Source: Octopus vulgaris
Lineage: Eukaryota
Reading direction: 5' to 3'
Assembly (NCBI GenBank): GCA_951406725.2
Contig: OX597827.1
Span: forward strand, 52,142,001-52,206,000
DNA length: 64,000 nt
Shown here: positions 1 to 13,454 of the stretch, in pieces
How positions within the stretch are numbered: position 1 is the first letter of the stretch
How the letters are laid out: each line of letters starts with the position of its first letter
Position numbers and translations under genes: made by a program
The notes under the pieces: generated by a model
The model's database searches: none
What the model saw: the letters and a program-made list of their open reading frames with translations, nothing else
What the model was told of the DNA's origin: nothing

Positions 1-2184
1 CGCCTGCACAGGAATACAGATAAATACATTCAGACTGGAATGTCTCACAGCTCGCCACAAGAAGAGTCAAGATCAACACAATTTCACCTTACTTGTCAAC
101 AGCCTAATGAAAGTTTTGTAGATTATGATCTTGTAAAACTTGCTGAAGAGGTGTGTTCAGAAGATAACATTAGAGATTGCACTACTGCATCTGATGTTAG
201 GCCATTGCCATCTGGTTTCGAGTCTGATTGCTACATGAGTCTTTGTACTCCACAGTATGGGGTTTCTGATGTAGGTGGTGCATTCAGTAGTTGTGAGAGA
301 AATAAAATAAACACTGCAGCTAGTATCTGGAGTTATGACAATCAGTCAGAGTCTGCTGGCACCTCTTCAACACCTTCACCATGGGGCAGAGATAATATTG
401 ATAGTAGTACAACCAGTATATTGGGTTTAATGGCATCTGATGCTAAAAATCACTATCCAAAGACATGGAGTCGTGGGTCAGATGAAATACCAAATTGGAC
501 ACCTGTAGCTGTAACTGAAGCAATAAACTGGACACCAATTGCTCCACATGATTCATGGCCAGTTGCTGTTTCATCTTCTACATCATCTTGTAGTTCTGCT
601 GCATTGGATCCTGGCAACTGTATTCATGTATTTTCCCAGCCCTCATCAATTGCAGATGATACACATAGGAACCCTGCTCTGAATATCAGTGGTCATGTGA
701 TTAAAGAGGAACAGTGGCCAAACAATCAAGGGAGTTCTAAATCAGTTTCAATGATGTCGAGTCACAATAGTCCTCTCAGTGGTATAGTGCCACCATTTAG
801 TACAATCAGCAGTACAAATCACCTTTCAAAGATTCCCATATCAGAGGTAGTCTGTGCTAAGTCTGATTTATGGCAACAACAGCAGCAAAACACTTGGATA
901 AATTCACAAAAAACACATACCTGGCAACCAGCATTACCTTTAAGTTCTGAAGCAGTTAACCCTACAATGTGGGACAGTAACGATGGGTGTGGAGATACAG
1001 GAGCTGACCACTGGATGCTGGAAAGTCCAGGTACAGAAGACTCAGACTGGACATCAGAGACACTTGTACACAAGACATCTGGTAAACAAATGTGGCCTAA
1101 GCCAGAAGGTGTTATAAAGTCACAAAGTAGGGTAAATAAAGATTCATCATCAACAAGCCTTCTGGGCAAGTCTTGGTCAGTGGATGACATCCAGACTGAT
1201 GAACTGGACTGGTATTTCAGTGCAACATCTGCCATGAAAATAAAGGAAACAAACAAAGCTTTGATGGATGCAGCTAATAGCCAACAAGTCTGGGAAGGCA
1301 ATTTATTGCAGTGCCCTGTTTCATGTGAGGACAACATCAATCGTGATGTCTGGTTCAATAAACCACTCATCTGTACTCCAAAGCTTTCAACAGAGCAAAA
1401 TGATTGGCCAAGAAGCAAAGACTGCACGCCTGAAACCTCTCTCTCTGCTTCGTCTTATTTAACTACTGACCCACTTCTAACACCATTGTCTCTTAGGAAA
1501 TCAAATACATGGTTTGCTACCTCAGAGAAACCATGTTATTGGCCTGGGAAATATGGAAACGAGAACATGAATGAGGAAAACATGGCTAAAAAGTGGCTCT
1601 CTGTGCGGCCACATGAGATGTCTTATGACAAAATTACTAATCAAGGTTACCATGAAAATACAAATTGCAAGCCTGAAAATATTGGGGATGTTAAAGATAT
1701 TGATATTTATAAAAAAAATGAAAATGATGTTAATAATGATAATAAAAATAAAGAATGTTGTAAAGATGTTGAAACTGATAATTTGGCTGAAGAATTATCA
1801 GCTCTAAATTGTGAAAGGATATTGAAAAAGACAGGAACTGAGTGGTTGTCTGAAAAATCCGATCATATAGACTGGACTTCTGTCAGAGACATGTCTGTGG
1901 CATTAAGCTGGCCAGCAGTTCCATCACAAGCATCAATCAGTTGTTCTGGTGACCATTGTCAGGAACCTCTCTTAAGGGGTTGGCTTAATAACTACACTTT
2001 AACTTCTAATAATGCAAATTTTAAGACAACCACAGTAGTTACTACTGGAACTGAGAAGGTTGGACCATTAAACTGGGCTGAACCATGTTGTATGCAAAAG
2101 TCCACAGAGAAGTCCGCAAACAGTTTGACTTTGGATCAAACTGATAAAACTTTAGCAGTCTCATCTAAAAAAGTTATGTCTTCG
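1..2184 (+). CDS. Large coding exon of an uncharacterised CCCH zinc-finger protein (Ser/Thr-rich, Trp-rich low-complexity region); 5' end may lie outside the window
   Basis: Frame 1 is open from base 1 (ATG at 40). A strong donor TCG|GTAAGT at 2184/2185 is phase 0. The ORF tail to 2310 is intronic read-through. A 2.2-kb ORF is far beyond chance in this AT-rich DNA. Confidence 0.9.
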
Positions 2185-2865
2185 GTAAGTAAAGTTCTTA
2201 AATGCTTTCAAAAGCTAGGTAGAAAGGAACTTCTTTGCTTTTCTATTCGTTACTTTCTTAACATACATGTACATAAATATACATGTAACCATGCAAGCAT
2301 GGAAAAGTAGGTGTTTAATGATAATGATGATGTGTTTGATTTATAACAAAATTACTAACCAAGGGTTACTATAGAAATAGAAATTACCATATGTTAATAT
2401 GTATCTGTTCGAACGTGTATGGTAAGTTGAATGATCTTTATTGTTTTGTTATCTGTATATTTGCATTCACTATGAGGTTAACATTGTTGTTATATGTAAG
2501 ATTATCATTTTAGTTTCTCCATTGCCTAACTCATCCTTTGGATTAATGGTAATATTTATGTCCATTTATCCCAGCACTTCCCAGCATTCATATATTGTTT
2601 TATTAATTTTAAATACTTCTGTTAAGTCATTTATGATCATACAAAGCATGCATATGCACATGCACTTATATTTTTATTCTCTTACTAATTTCAGCCTTTG
2701 CATTTGGCCATCCTGGCCTTCAAGGGTTTGGTTGATTATATGAAATCTACACTGATTTCATTGTGATATTGTTTTATCTATCTCTGTTTATCAAATGGCT
2801 GAGTTAACTTTTGATGTAAAAGGGTGCAATTTAAAACTCTTTCATTGGGAAACACATACACACGC

Positions 2866-3003
2866 ATACATGATTGGCTTCAACATAGTTTTCATCTACC
2901 AAATTCTGTTCAAGGTATTGGCCAACTTGAAGTTACAGTTGGAGATACTTCTTCATTGTGTTACCAGAATCATGTGGTTTTGTAACAAACTTCTTAACCA
3001 CAG
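2866..3003 (-). mobile_element. tRNA-derived SINE family A, degenerate fragment
   Basis: Similar to the reverse complement of the 55613-56010 head (ttttcatctaccaaatt...cttcttaaccacagagc). Confidence 0.6.
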
Positions 3004-3120
3004 AGCCCCCTCCCCGTCTCTCTCTCTCTCTCAATATAGCTTTGTTGTAGGTTTGTGTTTAAGCAAAAGGAGTCATTATTATTAATTTTATTGTTGTTAT
3101 AACTATGGCTAACACTTCAG

Positions 3121-3420
3121 CATCATCGTTGTTTTATGTCCATCTTCCATGCTGGCATAGGTTGGACAGTTTGACAGGAGCTAGCCAGACAGGAGCCTGC
3201 ACCAGACTTCTGTGTCTATCTTTGCACGGTTTTTACGACTGGATGCCCTTCCTAACACAAACCACTCAGCAGAGTTGACTGAGTGCTTTTTCTGTGGCAC
3301 AAGCACAAGCGAGGTCAGCTTTGGCAAAGTTTTTATAGCTAGATGCCCTTCCAAACACCAACCACTTTACAGTGTGGACTGGGTGGCATCAGCTCTGGCA
3401 GGGTCACCAAGTAACTTTAA
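3121..3420 (-). mobile_element. Repeat family C (RTE-tail-like SINE) copy
   Basis: catcatc...ttccatgctggcataggttggac...ctggatgcccttcctaac is shared with the copies at 4119, 13455 and 57985. Confidence 0.7.
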
Positions 3421-4069
3421 AGATCCTTTGAGAGGGGAGGGGGCATTGGAGGAGGTGATCTTTTGTCAGATGATGAAAGGTTATAGTGAGACAGAGAGTC
3501 AGAAACAGGTGTCTTACTTAGAGTAGGTACATGGTTACCTGGCGAGAGAGAGAGAGATCAGGAATGAGGACAAAAACAGGTGTGCCATTGTAAAGGAGAT
3601 ACATGGTTGCCCAGTCTGAGGGAAGAGCAGGAGAAAGAGAGAGAATAGGAGACAGCAAGAGTGCAGGAGAGAGATGGTGGCAGAGAGAGTGCCGGGCATG
3701 CTCACAAGGGATGGGGGTCAGAATATAAATGGGATGGTTGAGTAAAGGAAGAGAGAGATATAGATGGTGGCAAATGCCAAGTCATACCCTTGAGGTGAAT
3801 AGGGCCATGAGGACAGGATTGGAGAGTGAGAGGTAAGCATTGTGCATGAAAGAAGAGTTGTAGTTTGGCTTGTTTGGGTAGGGTATGTGAAAAGTTTTCT
3901 TGTTACATGTGGGTGGAACACAAGCGCTTCTAGAACTCAGTTTCACTGACGTGGGCGGGTCTTCTCAAGGACTTCATATTGTCAGACATCTTGGTCCATT
4001 GTTATTTCCTCTATGAGGTCCAACATCCTGAGATCGGAGACATGGGCTGAAGTGGTAAGGACTGATCTC

Positions 4070-5000
4070 AGGATGTTAGACCTTTCAATGATCAGCTCTT
4101 CTTTATGCAGTTGTCTTCGTGTCCGTTGCCAGCGCCGCCCCGACTGGCCGCGTGCCAGTGGCATGTAAAAAGCACCATCCGTTCGTGGCCATTGCCAGCC
4201 TCGCCTGGCCCCCGTGCCGGTGGCACGTAAAAAGCACCATCCGATCGTGGCCATTTGCCAGCCTCGTCTGGCACCTGTGCTGGTGGCACGTAAAAAGCAC
4301 CCACTACACTCACGGAGTGGTTGGCGTTAGGAAGGGCATCCAGCCGTAGAAACATTGCCAGATCAGACTGGGCCTGGTGCAACCTTCTGGCTTCCCAGAC
4401 CCCAGTTGAACCGTCCAACCCATGCTAGCATGGAAAGTGGACGCTAAACGATGAACGATGATCACATATCCAAACCATCGAAGTCTTCTCTCTTGCATGC
4501 TACATTTGATTCCTCTTATGCCCAACTTTTCTCTCAATACATTTGCACTTTGTCATACATGCACACCGATGTTGCACATCCAACGGAGTATACTGCCTTC
4601 ATTTCTCTCCAGTCTACGCATGTCTTCGTTCAGAGCCCATGTCTCACATCCATGGAGTATAGCCATTTGTACACAAGCATTATACAATCTACCTTTCATT
4701 CTGAGAGAGTCCTTTTGTTGGCAACAGAGGTAATAGCTCTCTGAACTTCCTCTCTCCTATTCTTATTCTAGAAACAATACTTTCAGAGCATCCTCTACCA
4801 TTGCTAATTTGGCCACCTAGATAACAGAAACTATCTACAACCTCAAGAGAGGTTCCTGGGCATTTGAGAGAGACTAAATCTCATGTGCTCTTAGTGTTTA
4901 TTGTTCCTGCACACCTGCCTCATACAAAGACAACTTTATCTGTTAATCTACCTGCAATTCCACTGCATCTCTTACGTGTTCATAGCTTACACTGGGCACT
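4070..5000 (-). mobile_element. RTE-clade LINE reverse transcriptase C-terminal remnant
   Basis: Minus-strand peptides EVVDSFCYLG, LHGCETWAL and LREKLGIRGIKCSMQERRLRWFGYV; the reading resumes as EDNCIKK beyond the nested family C insertion. Confidence 0.85.
4119..4462 (+). mobile_element. Repeat family C copy with internal ~55-bp tandem units, nested in an RTE LINE
   Basis: Three repeats of gtggcacgtaaaaagcacc are followed by ggagtggttggcgttaggaagggcatccagc and a (GAT)n-like tail. CpG-rich, so probably young. Confidence 0.8.
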
Positions 5001-5834
5001 GTGAATGGAAATACTTCCAACTCCTTTCCTACATATTGAGCAGAGCCATTTACCTGACAGAAAGAGAGTCTTCTTTCTTGCTAACAACTTCTTCATAGTT
5101 AATGCTCTTAAAAGGCAAGTACAATGTAGAAATTTCCAATCACATGCTAAAGAAATGTTCTACTTTTCTTTCAATGATCTACTCTAAGAATTTCCACTAT
5201 CTCTCAATTTTAAGTTCTCATCCTTTCAAACATGTAGAGATATGGTTTGAAGTTGGAATGAACATAGACCAAGAACATTTAGGATAAACTAAGTTACAAA
5301 TATGAGCAAGTTAAGACTGCCAATATACAGTTAGTGGGACATATAGACCAAGGAAGTCTTAACTGGGGTAGGTAAGAACAGTTAGACTTTGCAGCAAAAA
5401 TGAGGAGAGAAAGGAAATACGCTTAAATTTGTGCATACCTATCCAATTCATGCCAAATGTTAATAAAAAGATGATGAAATATAATATGGGCTTGAATTAA
5501 AAGCAGTAAAGTTTTCATCTGTATGGAATGTATTGACTGATCTTCCAATATCATTCTTTGTTTCTGTTTGCGCAATTTCAGTTAGATTCACCTATTATTT
5601 TCAGGTGTTATGTAAAAAAAATATGCACATACAAGTAAAGCATACAAACACTAACTTGTTTGTATTGAATCCTTTCAGTATGTTAGCAAGGTGTGTTTCA
5701 GATTTAATGTTCTTCAGATATATATCAACCCCGTTTTTTAAATGGTAGGTTGCCTTTGATACGAAAACTTTTAATTAAGAGAGCATGTCACAAGAGTAAG
5801 AAATTTTATCAGTAACAAATATAACTGGTCCTCC

Positions 5835-6132
5835 ATCTGTTACCATGATGAGGGTTCCAGTTGATCTGATCAATGGAAGAGCCTGCTCATGGAATTAACA
5901 TACAAGTGGTTTTGCACTCCACAAACACGTGTACCCTTAACATAGCTTTTGGAGAGATTCAACATGATACAGAATGTGACAAAGCTGGCCCTTTGAAATA
6001 CAGGCATTACTTATTTTTACCCTTTGAGTGAACTGGAGCAGCATGCTCAAGGACACAATGTGCTGCCAGGAATTGAACTTATGATCTTATGATCATGAGC
6101 CAATAACCTAACCACTGAGCCACCTGCTTTCA
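5835..6132 (-). mobile_element. tRNA-derived SINE family D (V-SINE-like core)
   Basis: Minus-strand head gtggctcagtggttagg...agttcaattcc with A/B-box-like motifs, then gtgtccttgagca. Paralogous to 60675-60990. Confidence 0.75.
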
Positions 6133-6349
6133 CTTTGACAAATAGGCCAACTAAAAATATGTTTATATAGAAACATTAAAAACTAAAAAGATGGTGTTAA
6201 ATAGTCAAATAAGTGCACTGGATCTGTGTTCTTCAATTTTTTCTCTCAATCCTGTTTTTAATAGTACTAAGCTGCCAAACTGGTTGGTGAGGATTACATC
6301 AAATATGAAAAGCATACTATGAAAGTTTGTTTTAGGACAAATCAAGAGT

Positions 6350-7380
6350 CCCTACTACCAAACAACCAAAGCAAGTCCCCACAACCTACATGCTACCACT
6401 CTCACTTACATTTCAGGACATTTCCTCTCTCTCCTTCCTTCTTTCAAGTATTAATTGAAAAAATTGATGGAAGCTTAACCAGAGAGGAAAAGCCTTAATG
6501 TCACTCCTTTCAATTCTTTCCATCACACTGTCTCTTTTACTATAACTACCAGACAGGCAGAACAATCTTCCCAATAGACTAGGTTGGCAGACAGATCCAT
6601 TCTAGTCATGACAACAGCTTTTTGATGTTAGTCAGCAATGAACAGACATTGAAGAATGATTTTATCACTCCCTGTGCATCTCACGTGGGTCTGGCTGATG
6701 GCAGTACTCTGGTGGCCACTGCCAGGTCAGGGATTTTTGGAAGTTGTTAGTTTTGTGCTGAAAGTTATTCAAAAAATACTTTTTGGTTGATTCTCATGGA
6801 TAGTCTGATTCAGAACATTGCTACTCATACTTACCACTAACTCTCTATAGAATACGAGTGTTGACTTTCTGCTGTAAGCACCAGATGCCTGGTAGCAATA
6901 TTCCAAACTGTCAAAAGATTTAGCTTGATCAGAATATTGGAAATAATGATTAGTGGACACAGTGTGAGTACTCCTAGCAGCAGAAGTCTGTCACTGCAAT
7001 TGAATAAGCAGAGGGTTTGAAAGTAGAACATCTGGGGGACAGTGGTTAAAGAGTATTGGCAAGAAACTTATTGTTAATCAGTTAAGTGGCCTTTTCTGTG
7101 GATGAGTTTAAGGAGAGTGCCTGTTGGTGAGTTACCTAAGTCTCCAGTAGAACTGGGTTTACTGAAACTATACTGGTAGTCATTAAGAGAGGGAGAGATA
7201 CATGGTGTTTGAGAATGTGGATGTTCAAAGTGAGAGCAATAAATCATTAGTTGGTGGGTCAGTGATTTGGATCCCTGTAAAGAGAAACTGAAGAGTTGGA
7301 TTAGGATAAGGGCTTGATCTGAAGAATATTGTTTTGGGTTTGGAAGGGACAAATGTGAGGTGCCCCAAACTCCTTTCACA
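6350..7380 (-). mobile_element. Old LINE remnant (clade uncertain)
   Basis: Composition shift and broken ORF fragments; no clear diagnostic motif. Confidence 0.3.
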
Positions 7381-7559
7381 CTTAATTTTGTATGTACATA
7401 TAGTGATTAGCCTGATAGAAAGGTATTTTACCTAACTTGTGCATTTGGAAGTTAAGTGGGCAGTAACTGCAAAGGCTTTCTTCCCATAAGCACATTTTAC
7501 CATAAATTTATCAGAAGTTACATATTCAGTTTTTTTTAATTCTTCCATCTTTTGAAAAG

Positions 7560-8700
7560 GCTTAACTCTAGGAAAATAACTGAAAGGTGTAGAATTGCTC
7601 TTGAACACTGTTCTTATATTAGCTAGACCTATGCTATAAAGGATAGAGAATTTGAGTGGACTCAGGTGGGTATTTCTTTTACAAATGATATACTGCTTGT
7701 ATAAACATTATTTTCAGAGCAGATGATGGTTTAACCAGATGGTAATGGCCTCTGATGATACTTTTTGACATTTTAAGGATGATTGGACTTTAGATAGAAA
7801 CCAGATGTTGGTTTTCTGTTTACAGATGTTTCGATACTTGCACACAAGCATCTTGGAATAATATTTAATTATTATTTTATTTCTTCATAATAAATTGTTT
7901 AGATTCATATAGAAGTCTATATATCGGCCCATAAGCTTTAGTCAATTTCCTGTTGTTGTCATTGTGAGTGGTGGCTTGGGTATATCATCTATGCTATACA
8001 CCTCACTTATTCATACTGTATTTTCATGTCTATCTTTAAAAATATCAGCTATTACTTATGATAATGGAGAACCCATGTCATGTCTTCCAGTTCTTGACAT
8101 ATTTCATATTCTAGTTGAAAATTAGCTGTTCTTGTCTACAATATCAATATTTCTGTTACGTTGTCTTGCAAGAGTTCTTTTCATCAGTTACTATTTGTTT
8201 GGAGTGACTTGCTGAGGTTCTACATCTAACACTTGACATAAATGGTGTTCCTGTTTTGTGTTGTTGCATAAACTGTCAGTATTGCTTTTCAGAAAGATGG
8301 TTTTTGTACTGTTTCAGTAAGCCTAATAATTGCAACTATGTAATTAATATATGATCTTCTTTAGCCACTCATAATTACTCTCTCTTATCACAAGGGTTAG
8401 TTTGTTAGAGTAAGCCTTGATCATAACTAGGATCATTTCTCTTATCAGCTAGACGTATTATGGTACTACTGTTATCTTGTAGGGTTTAAGAGGGATGGCC
8501 TTCTTCAAAACAAACTTTTCATTGTAGATTATCATTGTAACTCATTTTTATGGTTGCCTTCTTGATGGAAGCAGTGATGTTTAGATGAGAAATTCATTTG
8601 TGTTAACAAAATTTACCAGTTTGGTTAACATGGATCTTCAATTTCATTTGGTTGTCTTTTGTTGATCATAATTCATGGTTTCAGATGACAAGTATTCTTA
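7560..8700 (-). mobile_element. Penelope-like element reverse transcriptase remnant
   Basis: Decayed motifs in the expected order on -: LADKRN (PADKGN-like, ~8440), MGSPLS*VIADIF (~8045-8076) and TSVNRKPTSG (YRKPT-like, ~7810). Confidence 0.7.
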
Positions 8701-9439
8701 ACACTTCAAAGTATATGTTTTACTGATAATAGAAAAAACACTGGGTTTCTTTTCATCTACTGAACATCTATTTCTCAAAGAAAAATAGCACTGTCAAAAC
8801 TACAATAATTTACACCCTACAGATGCAAAAAAACTAAATAGTATAATCTAAAAAAAAAAAAGGGTTTTGAGAGAAATAACTCAGAGTGGTCAGTGGCATG
8901 TATTTGAACAACATAGACAAATACAGGTATATCAAACACCATACAACATAGATTCTTGATTTATTAAAATTATCTTTGCCTTTAGAGGATGTGTCACAAT
9001 TACCATAAGGCAATTTGAGCTAGCTCCATATGACAGGGGAAGGTAATGTCAAGCATCAAGAATTCTCCAAAGTTGACATGTCATTAAAGAAAAGACATGC
9101 TTATTGTCTGGAGATAAGAGGACGGTCATGAACAGTAGGACAATGTAAAAATAGCTGTTTACAGTCTGTTTTTTTTTTTTCTTTCTTTCTTTCCTTTGGT
9201 GAAAGAAACTTTTTGCTATCAGCAGTGATAACAGCTTCCTGAATATGCTCTACTTTTCCTTATTCTATTTTGCTACAGATAACTCCAGCCCTGATTAGAT
9301 CACCTTGGTAAATAGAAGCTATTGTCCATATCATAAGAGACATCATCATCATCATTATCATGTTTTAATTTCAATTTTAACTTGCTGACAAGGAAAATGG
9401 GTGGGTCTGCTGTTCAGTAAATAGCCACTGATCTTATTC

Positions 9440-9745
9440 TTTAGTGGTCTCTACTGTAAAGGTCAGCACCCCAAATTTTCATTGGTCTTTCTCTTCCTTG
9501 GCTACTTAAGACTAACTTTTTTCTCCTGTTATTCATTGTCCATTCACAATCAGTGCTCATGGTAGTGCAGACTTTTCTTCTGTGCAGTTTGGCTGATACC
9601 TGTAATTGCCAGCAATTCCTCTCCAGCTCTACGTCTTTCAGTTCCCGTGTCACTATTACACATGACACTATTTGTGTGAGCTTCATACAAATGGCTCTTT
9701 GCATGAAGAGAGAAATCCTTAATTGCTGTTTAACCCAGAACACTC
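9440..9745 (-). mobile_element. RTE-like LINE 3' remnant
   Basis: Peptide ...QGRERPMKIW resembles the RTE C-terminal GRGRPRKTW motif. Confidence 0.45.
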
Positions 9746-12369
9746 TTAAATAAGTGAATGGTCAAAGTTGTGCCAACCATGACCATTCCAGATTTTTTTT
9801 CTTGCCAATGTATTTAGGACTACATTTTCCAAAGTGTTCGTTTCTTGAAGATGGTAGATGTGATTTGAGGGAGATTTAACTGCTATTTCTGGTAATCTGG
9901 GCAAATGCAGAGGGCTTGTTTTATTGCCAATGAAAAATACCCGTAAGAACCAGCTCCTTGAATATCTTCCATACCTTCCTTTCTTTGGCCATAGATACTC
10001 TCCATGCAGTGGATAGTAATTGTCAATTATTTAGCCAACAGTTTCGCAATAAACTTCTATACTCTTTGTATTTCAGTTTCTGCACCACTTATATTTTACA
10101 AACCAAAATTCAAGTTTACTCCTTTTCTGAATTTCAGCATCAGCATGCATTCTTGTACCCATGATACTAAATTATACCTTTTTTTTTTTTTTCATGAGAA
10201 GTTGTTAGAGACTACTTTATTTAGTATAATAAATCTTAGTATAGCATGTATGTCAATTGAATTGCATTTAAAGTTTATTTTTTGTTTTTGTTCTGGAAAT
10301 GTATTATCTATCTCAACTCACACAGTATGTAGCTGATATTTATTTTATCAAGCATCTAAGTATTGTATACAGTAAGTTCTTTATTATATTTATATAAGTT
10401 TGAAGCCATTAAAAACAAAGTTTGAACTCAGGGTGAAACATAAACTTAAGATTTGAATTCAGAATGAAGAGTAAAGAAACTAAATAATGAAAGACATATA
10501 GTCCTGTATTCATTTCCCTTCAACCATTCCACTCTTTTTCAGTGCTAAAAATTAAAACAATTATATTAGTTGGTTTTAGGTTTCGAAAGCCACAAATTAA
10601 GTGGTTATGTGTACTGAGTAATTGACCATTGAATAACTCAGTGCATTGCAACAACTTTTAGTCTGCTTTCCCAACAATTACCATCTTTATTAATAAGGAC
10701 CAAATAGTCAACAGTTAAAGATAATTTCTTTAACAAATATCATCCCACTCATGCTGGTAATCAAAAATTGATGTATGATAGCAAAGAATATAATGAATTA
10801 GGCTTTGATTTGGCTGACTAGTTGAGATCTTTGATTACTAACTTAATTCTTGTGTGTTTTGTCTCGTAATATTTTTTCTTCAAACAATGTGACCATAATT
10901 AGGTCATTTCTAAACATTTATTGTCACTCCTTTCCTTTATTAATATAAAAGGAATGGGAGGCACTTAAGATAAGGGAAATAACCATGTAATATCACAGCT
11001 ATTTTCAATATTTAGTCTGAAACTGACATAATTATTCATCAATTAAAAAACCAAAAGTGTATTTTAGTTAATTGAATATACCCTGCCTCTGTATTTTTAT
11101 GCTAACTTTTTCTTAATATTGGATCAGATATTTCTTTAAGTTGTATACAAAATGGGTAGTATTCAGCATACATTTATCATATTAATAATACTTAATACAA
11201 TAGCATTCTTATTTTGGTTTTCTGAGTATATATTTATGTATATAAGAAAAGAGGTGACAAAGTAATAACTGATTATCTTATGAACTTCATTAGCTTACAG
11301 CTGTTTCCTGGTTATTCCTTTGTCATCTCTTTTCTTAATACCATTCTGTACCTGACTAACACTTCAACCAGAAGTATATGTATATCGAGTTCTATGCCAG
11401 GTTATTTCCAAATTTTTGTACTGAGACAGTGTCTGCTATTTGTTTAGAGATATATTGCTATTTGCTTAGATTGAGATGTCTATCAGGAATTTTTTTTTTT
11501 TTGTCATGGCCTTTAACAATATTATTTTTTTATTGTTTGTCTGCAAGAACCAGAACCTTCTAGAATGTTGTGGTTTATGTCTATGCCATCTTTCTCCACT
11601 TGTGATTTTGTAATATTCTCAGAGTACCTAGTTCAAGTATTCTCTAATTTTGCTATGGCTGCATACACACATATACATATGTATGAGTACATGTTTGTGA
11701 AGAAATTTCTTCATCATTCTTGCTTTTTCTTTTATTTTGTGTGTGTGTGTGTTACTGCATCATGTTGCTGTACTAAGTCTTAGGTTTTGGCTCTGTTCCC
11801 ACAGCTTTTAACTATGTAACTTTGTATTTCTAGAGGTGTATGCTGATAAATGGGTAGCTGTATTAATGTGTTGTTTATTTTAATCTTATTATAAGGAAGG
11901 GCCTATAGCTTTTTTCAAGGTTTCCTGAGTGTTTTGGCAAAGTGTCTGTTTTGTAATTCTTTTTTTTTTTTATTACTTATAGACTGATTTTGGTTCACAC
12001 ATTGTTGTGTCCATGCCTAACATTCTTGCTACATCTGTCTCTCTAAATCTTTGTACTTTAAATGCTTTTTTTTCTCCCATTTCTTTGATTGATATGTGTC
12101 TAGCCATAGAGCAAAACAGATCAATCAGTTCACATTTCATTTTTGTGGCCTTTTATGACTCAGCTCATTTAATCAATTAATTGTCAGTATGCACAGCCAT
12201 GTCATACAGTATTATTACTCCATCTTTTACTATGATTTGGTGATTATGTTGGTACTAGTCTTTGTCTTAAAGTGAACACCTTGTGAGTGTTTTATCAAAT
12301 ACTCCAGTCACTAAATATATATCACTCACATTATATTTTTTTTAATTCTTTTTTCTATAATAGCCATAG

Positions 12370-12810
12370 AAATGACTGTGTGGTTAAGAAGTTCTCTTTG
12401 CAACTAAATGGTTTCAGATTTGGCCTCATTGCACAACACCTTGAGCAAGTGTCTTCTACTATAGCACCAGACTGACCAAAAGTTTGTGAGTGGATTTAGT
12501 AAACCGAAACTTAAAGAAACTTTTTACATATATGTATACATGTATGTGTACCCTTGTCTTGACAATGCACATTAAATGTAGACAAATGTCACCAGCATAC
12601 AAGCAGTGTCATCTGTTTGGAATCTTCAGTGAAAACATGCCTGGCCATCATGTTGTATATGTTTGAAGAATTAGAGGGAAATATTCTCTTGCTTGGAAAC
12701 AGGTGAGGGTTGATAACAAGAAGAGTGTCTAGCTACAGGAAAATCTGCCTTGACAAATTTCATCTAACTTGTGCAAGCATCGAAAAGTGGACATTAAAAT
12801 GATGATAATT
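12370..12810 (+). mobile_element. SINE family A variant (degenerate)
   Basis: gactgtgtggttaagaag...ccttgagcaagtgtcttctactatagc...gtgagtggattt, with a tail ending gtggacattaaaatgatgat. Confidence 0.7.
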
Positions 12811-12999
12811 TGTAAATGTAGGTGTGGAGGTATTAATTCAAAGCTATAACTATAAACCCTTCCAGTGTACTTTTCAGCTTCTTGCTACTTTATGTATTGG
12901 TGTATTCTTTGTATGTATATTACGATATATTACGATATATTTCAGTCTTACATCTTTTTACCTCATCATAATAGAATATACTCTTTTTCTTATGGTTAT

Positions 13000-13390
13000 T
13001 GTTGTTGTTGTTTTTTTTTTCCACTTGTTGAGTCTGGAAGAAGGGACAGTCCCCTAAAAGAGGCTCCTGGGCTTTGTGTAAACTGTTCAATTCAATACCT
13101 GCAAGGAGAAGATTCCAGAAGGCTGGTGTTCTAGGGATGTAAGACTGAGTATAGTGGTTAGTATAGGGTGGAGGATACAATAAGAATGATGAGAGGTGGA
13201 AGGACAAGTGAGCCAAGAGTGCCTGACTGACAGAGCTACAACAGCAGCCATCTCTGATGAACAGAGGCTTTTATTGTAGCAATAGGTAAGACAGAGAGGA
13301 AACAGCATACCTATGGGCTAGAGACTGGAGCATGTCTGTGAGTGCTGCTTCCAAATGTTTTTCTTCAATGTATATATTTTAAGGTACCTT
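13000..13390 (-). mobile_element. CR1/L2-like LINE 3' remnant
   Basis: Minus-strand peptides LQSLAHR..., CSSEM and YTQSYIPRTPAFWNLL match the SF(I/F)PRT..(L)WN.LP C-terminal motif. Confidence 0.7.
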
Positions 13391-13454
13391 TCACACTGAA
13401 GTTACATCAGGGTAGGATCAAATCAACATAAATCCTGCTGTAGTTATTTTACTA

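Noticed and set aside
819-1427. 202-aa antisense ORF
   Set aside because: Shadow of the sense coding exon; no independent motif.
2185-2310. C-terminal 41 aa of the 756-aa ORF
   Set aside because: It lies beyond a consensus GTAAGT donor whose phase matches the next exon, so it is intronic read-through.
4119-4300. Regularly spaced repeats superficially like a CRISPR array
   Set aside because: Eukaryotic context, the 'spacers' are similar to each other, and the array is part of a dispersed retroelement.
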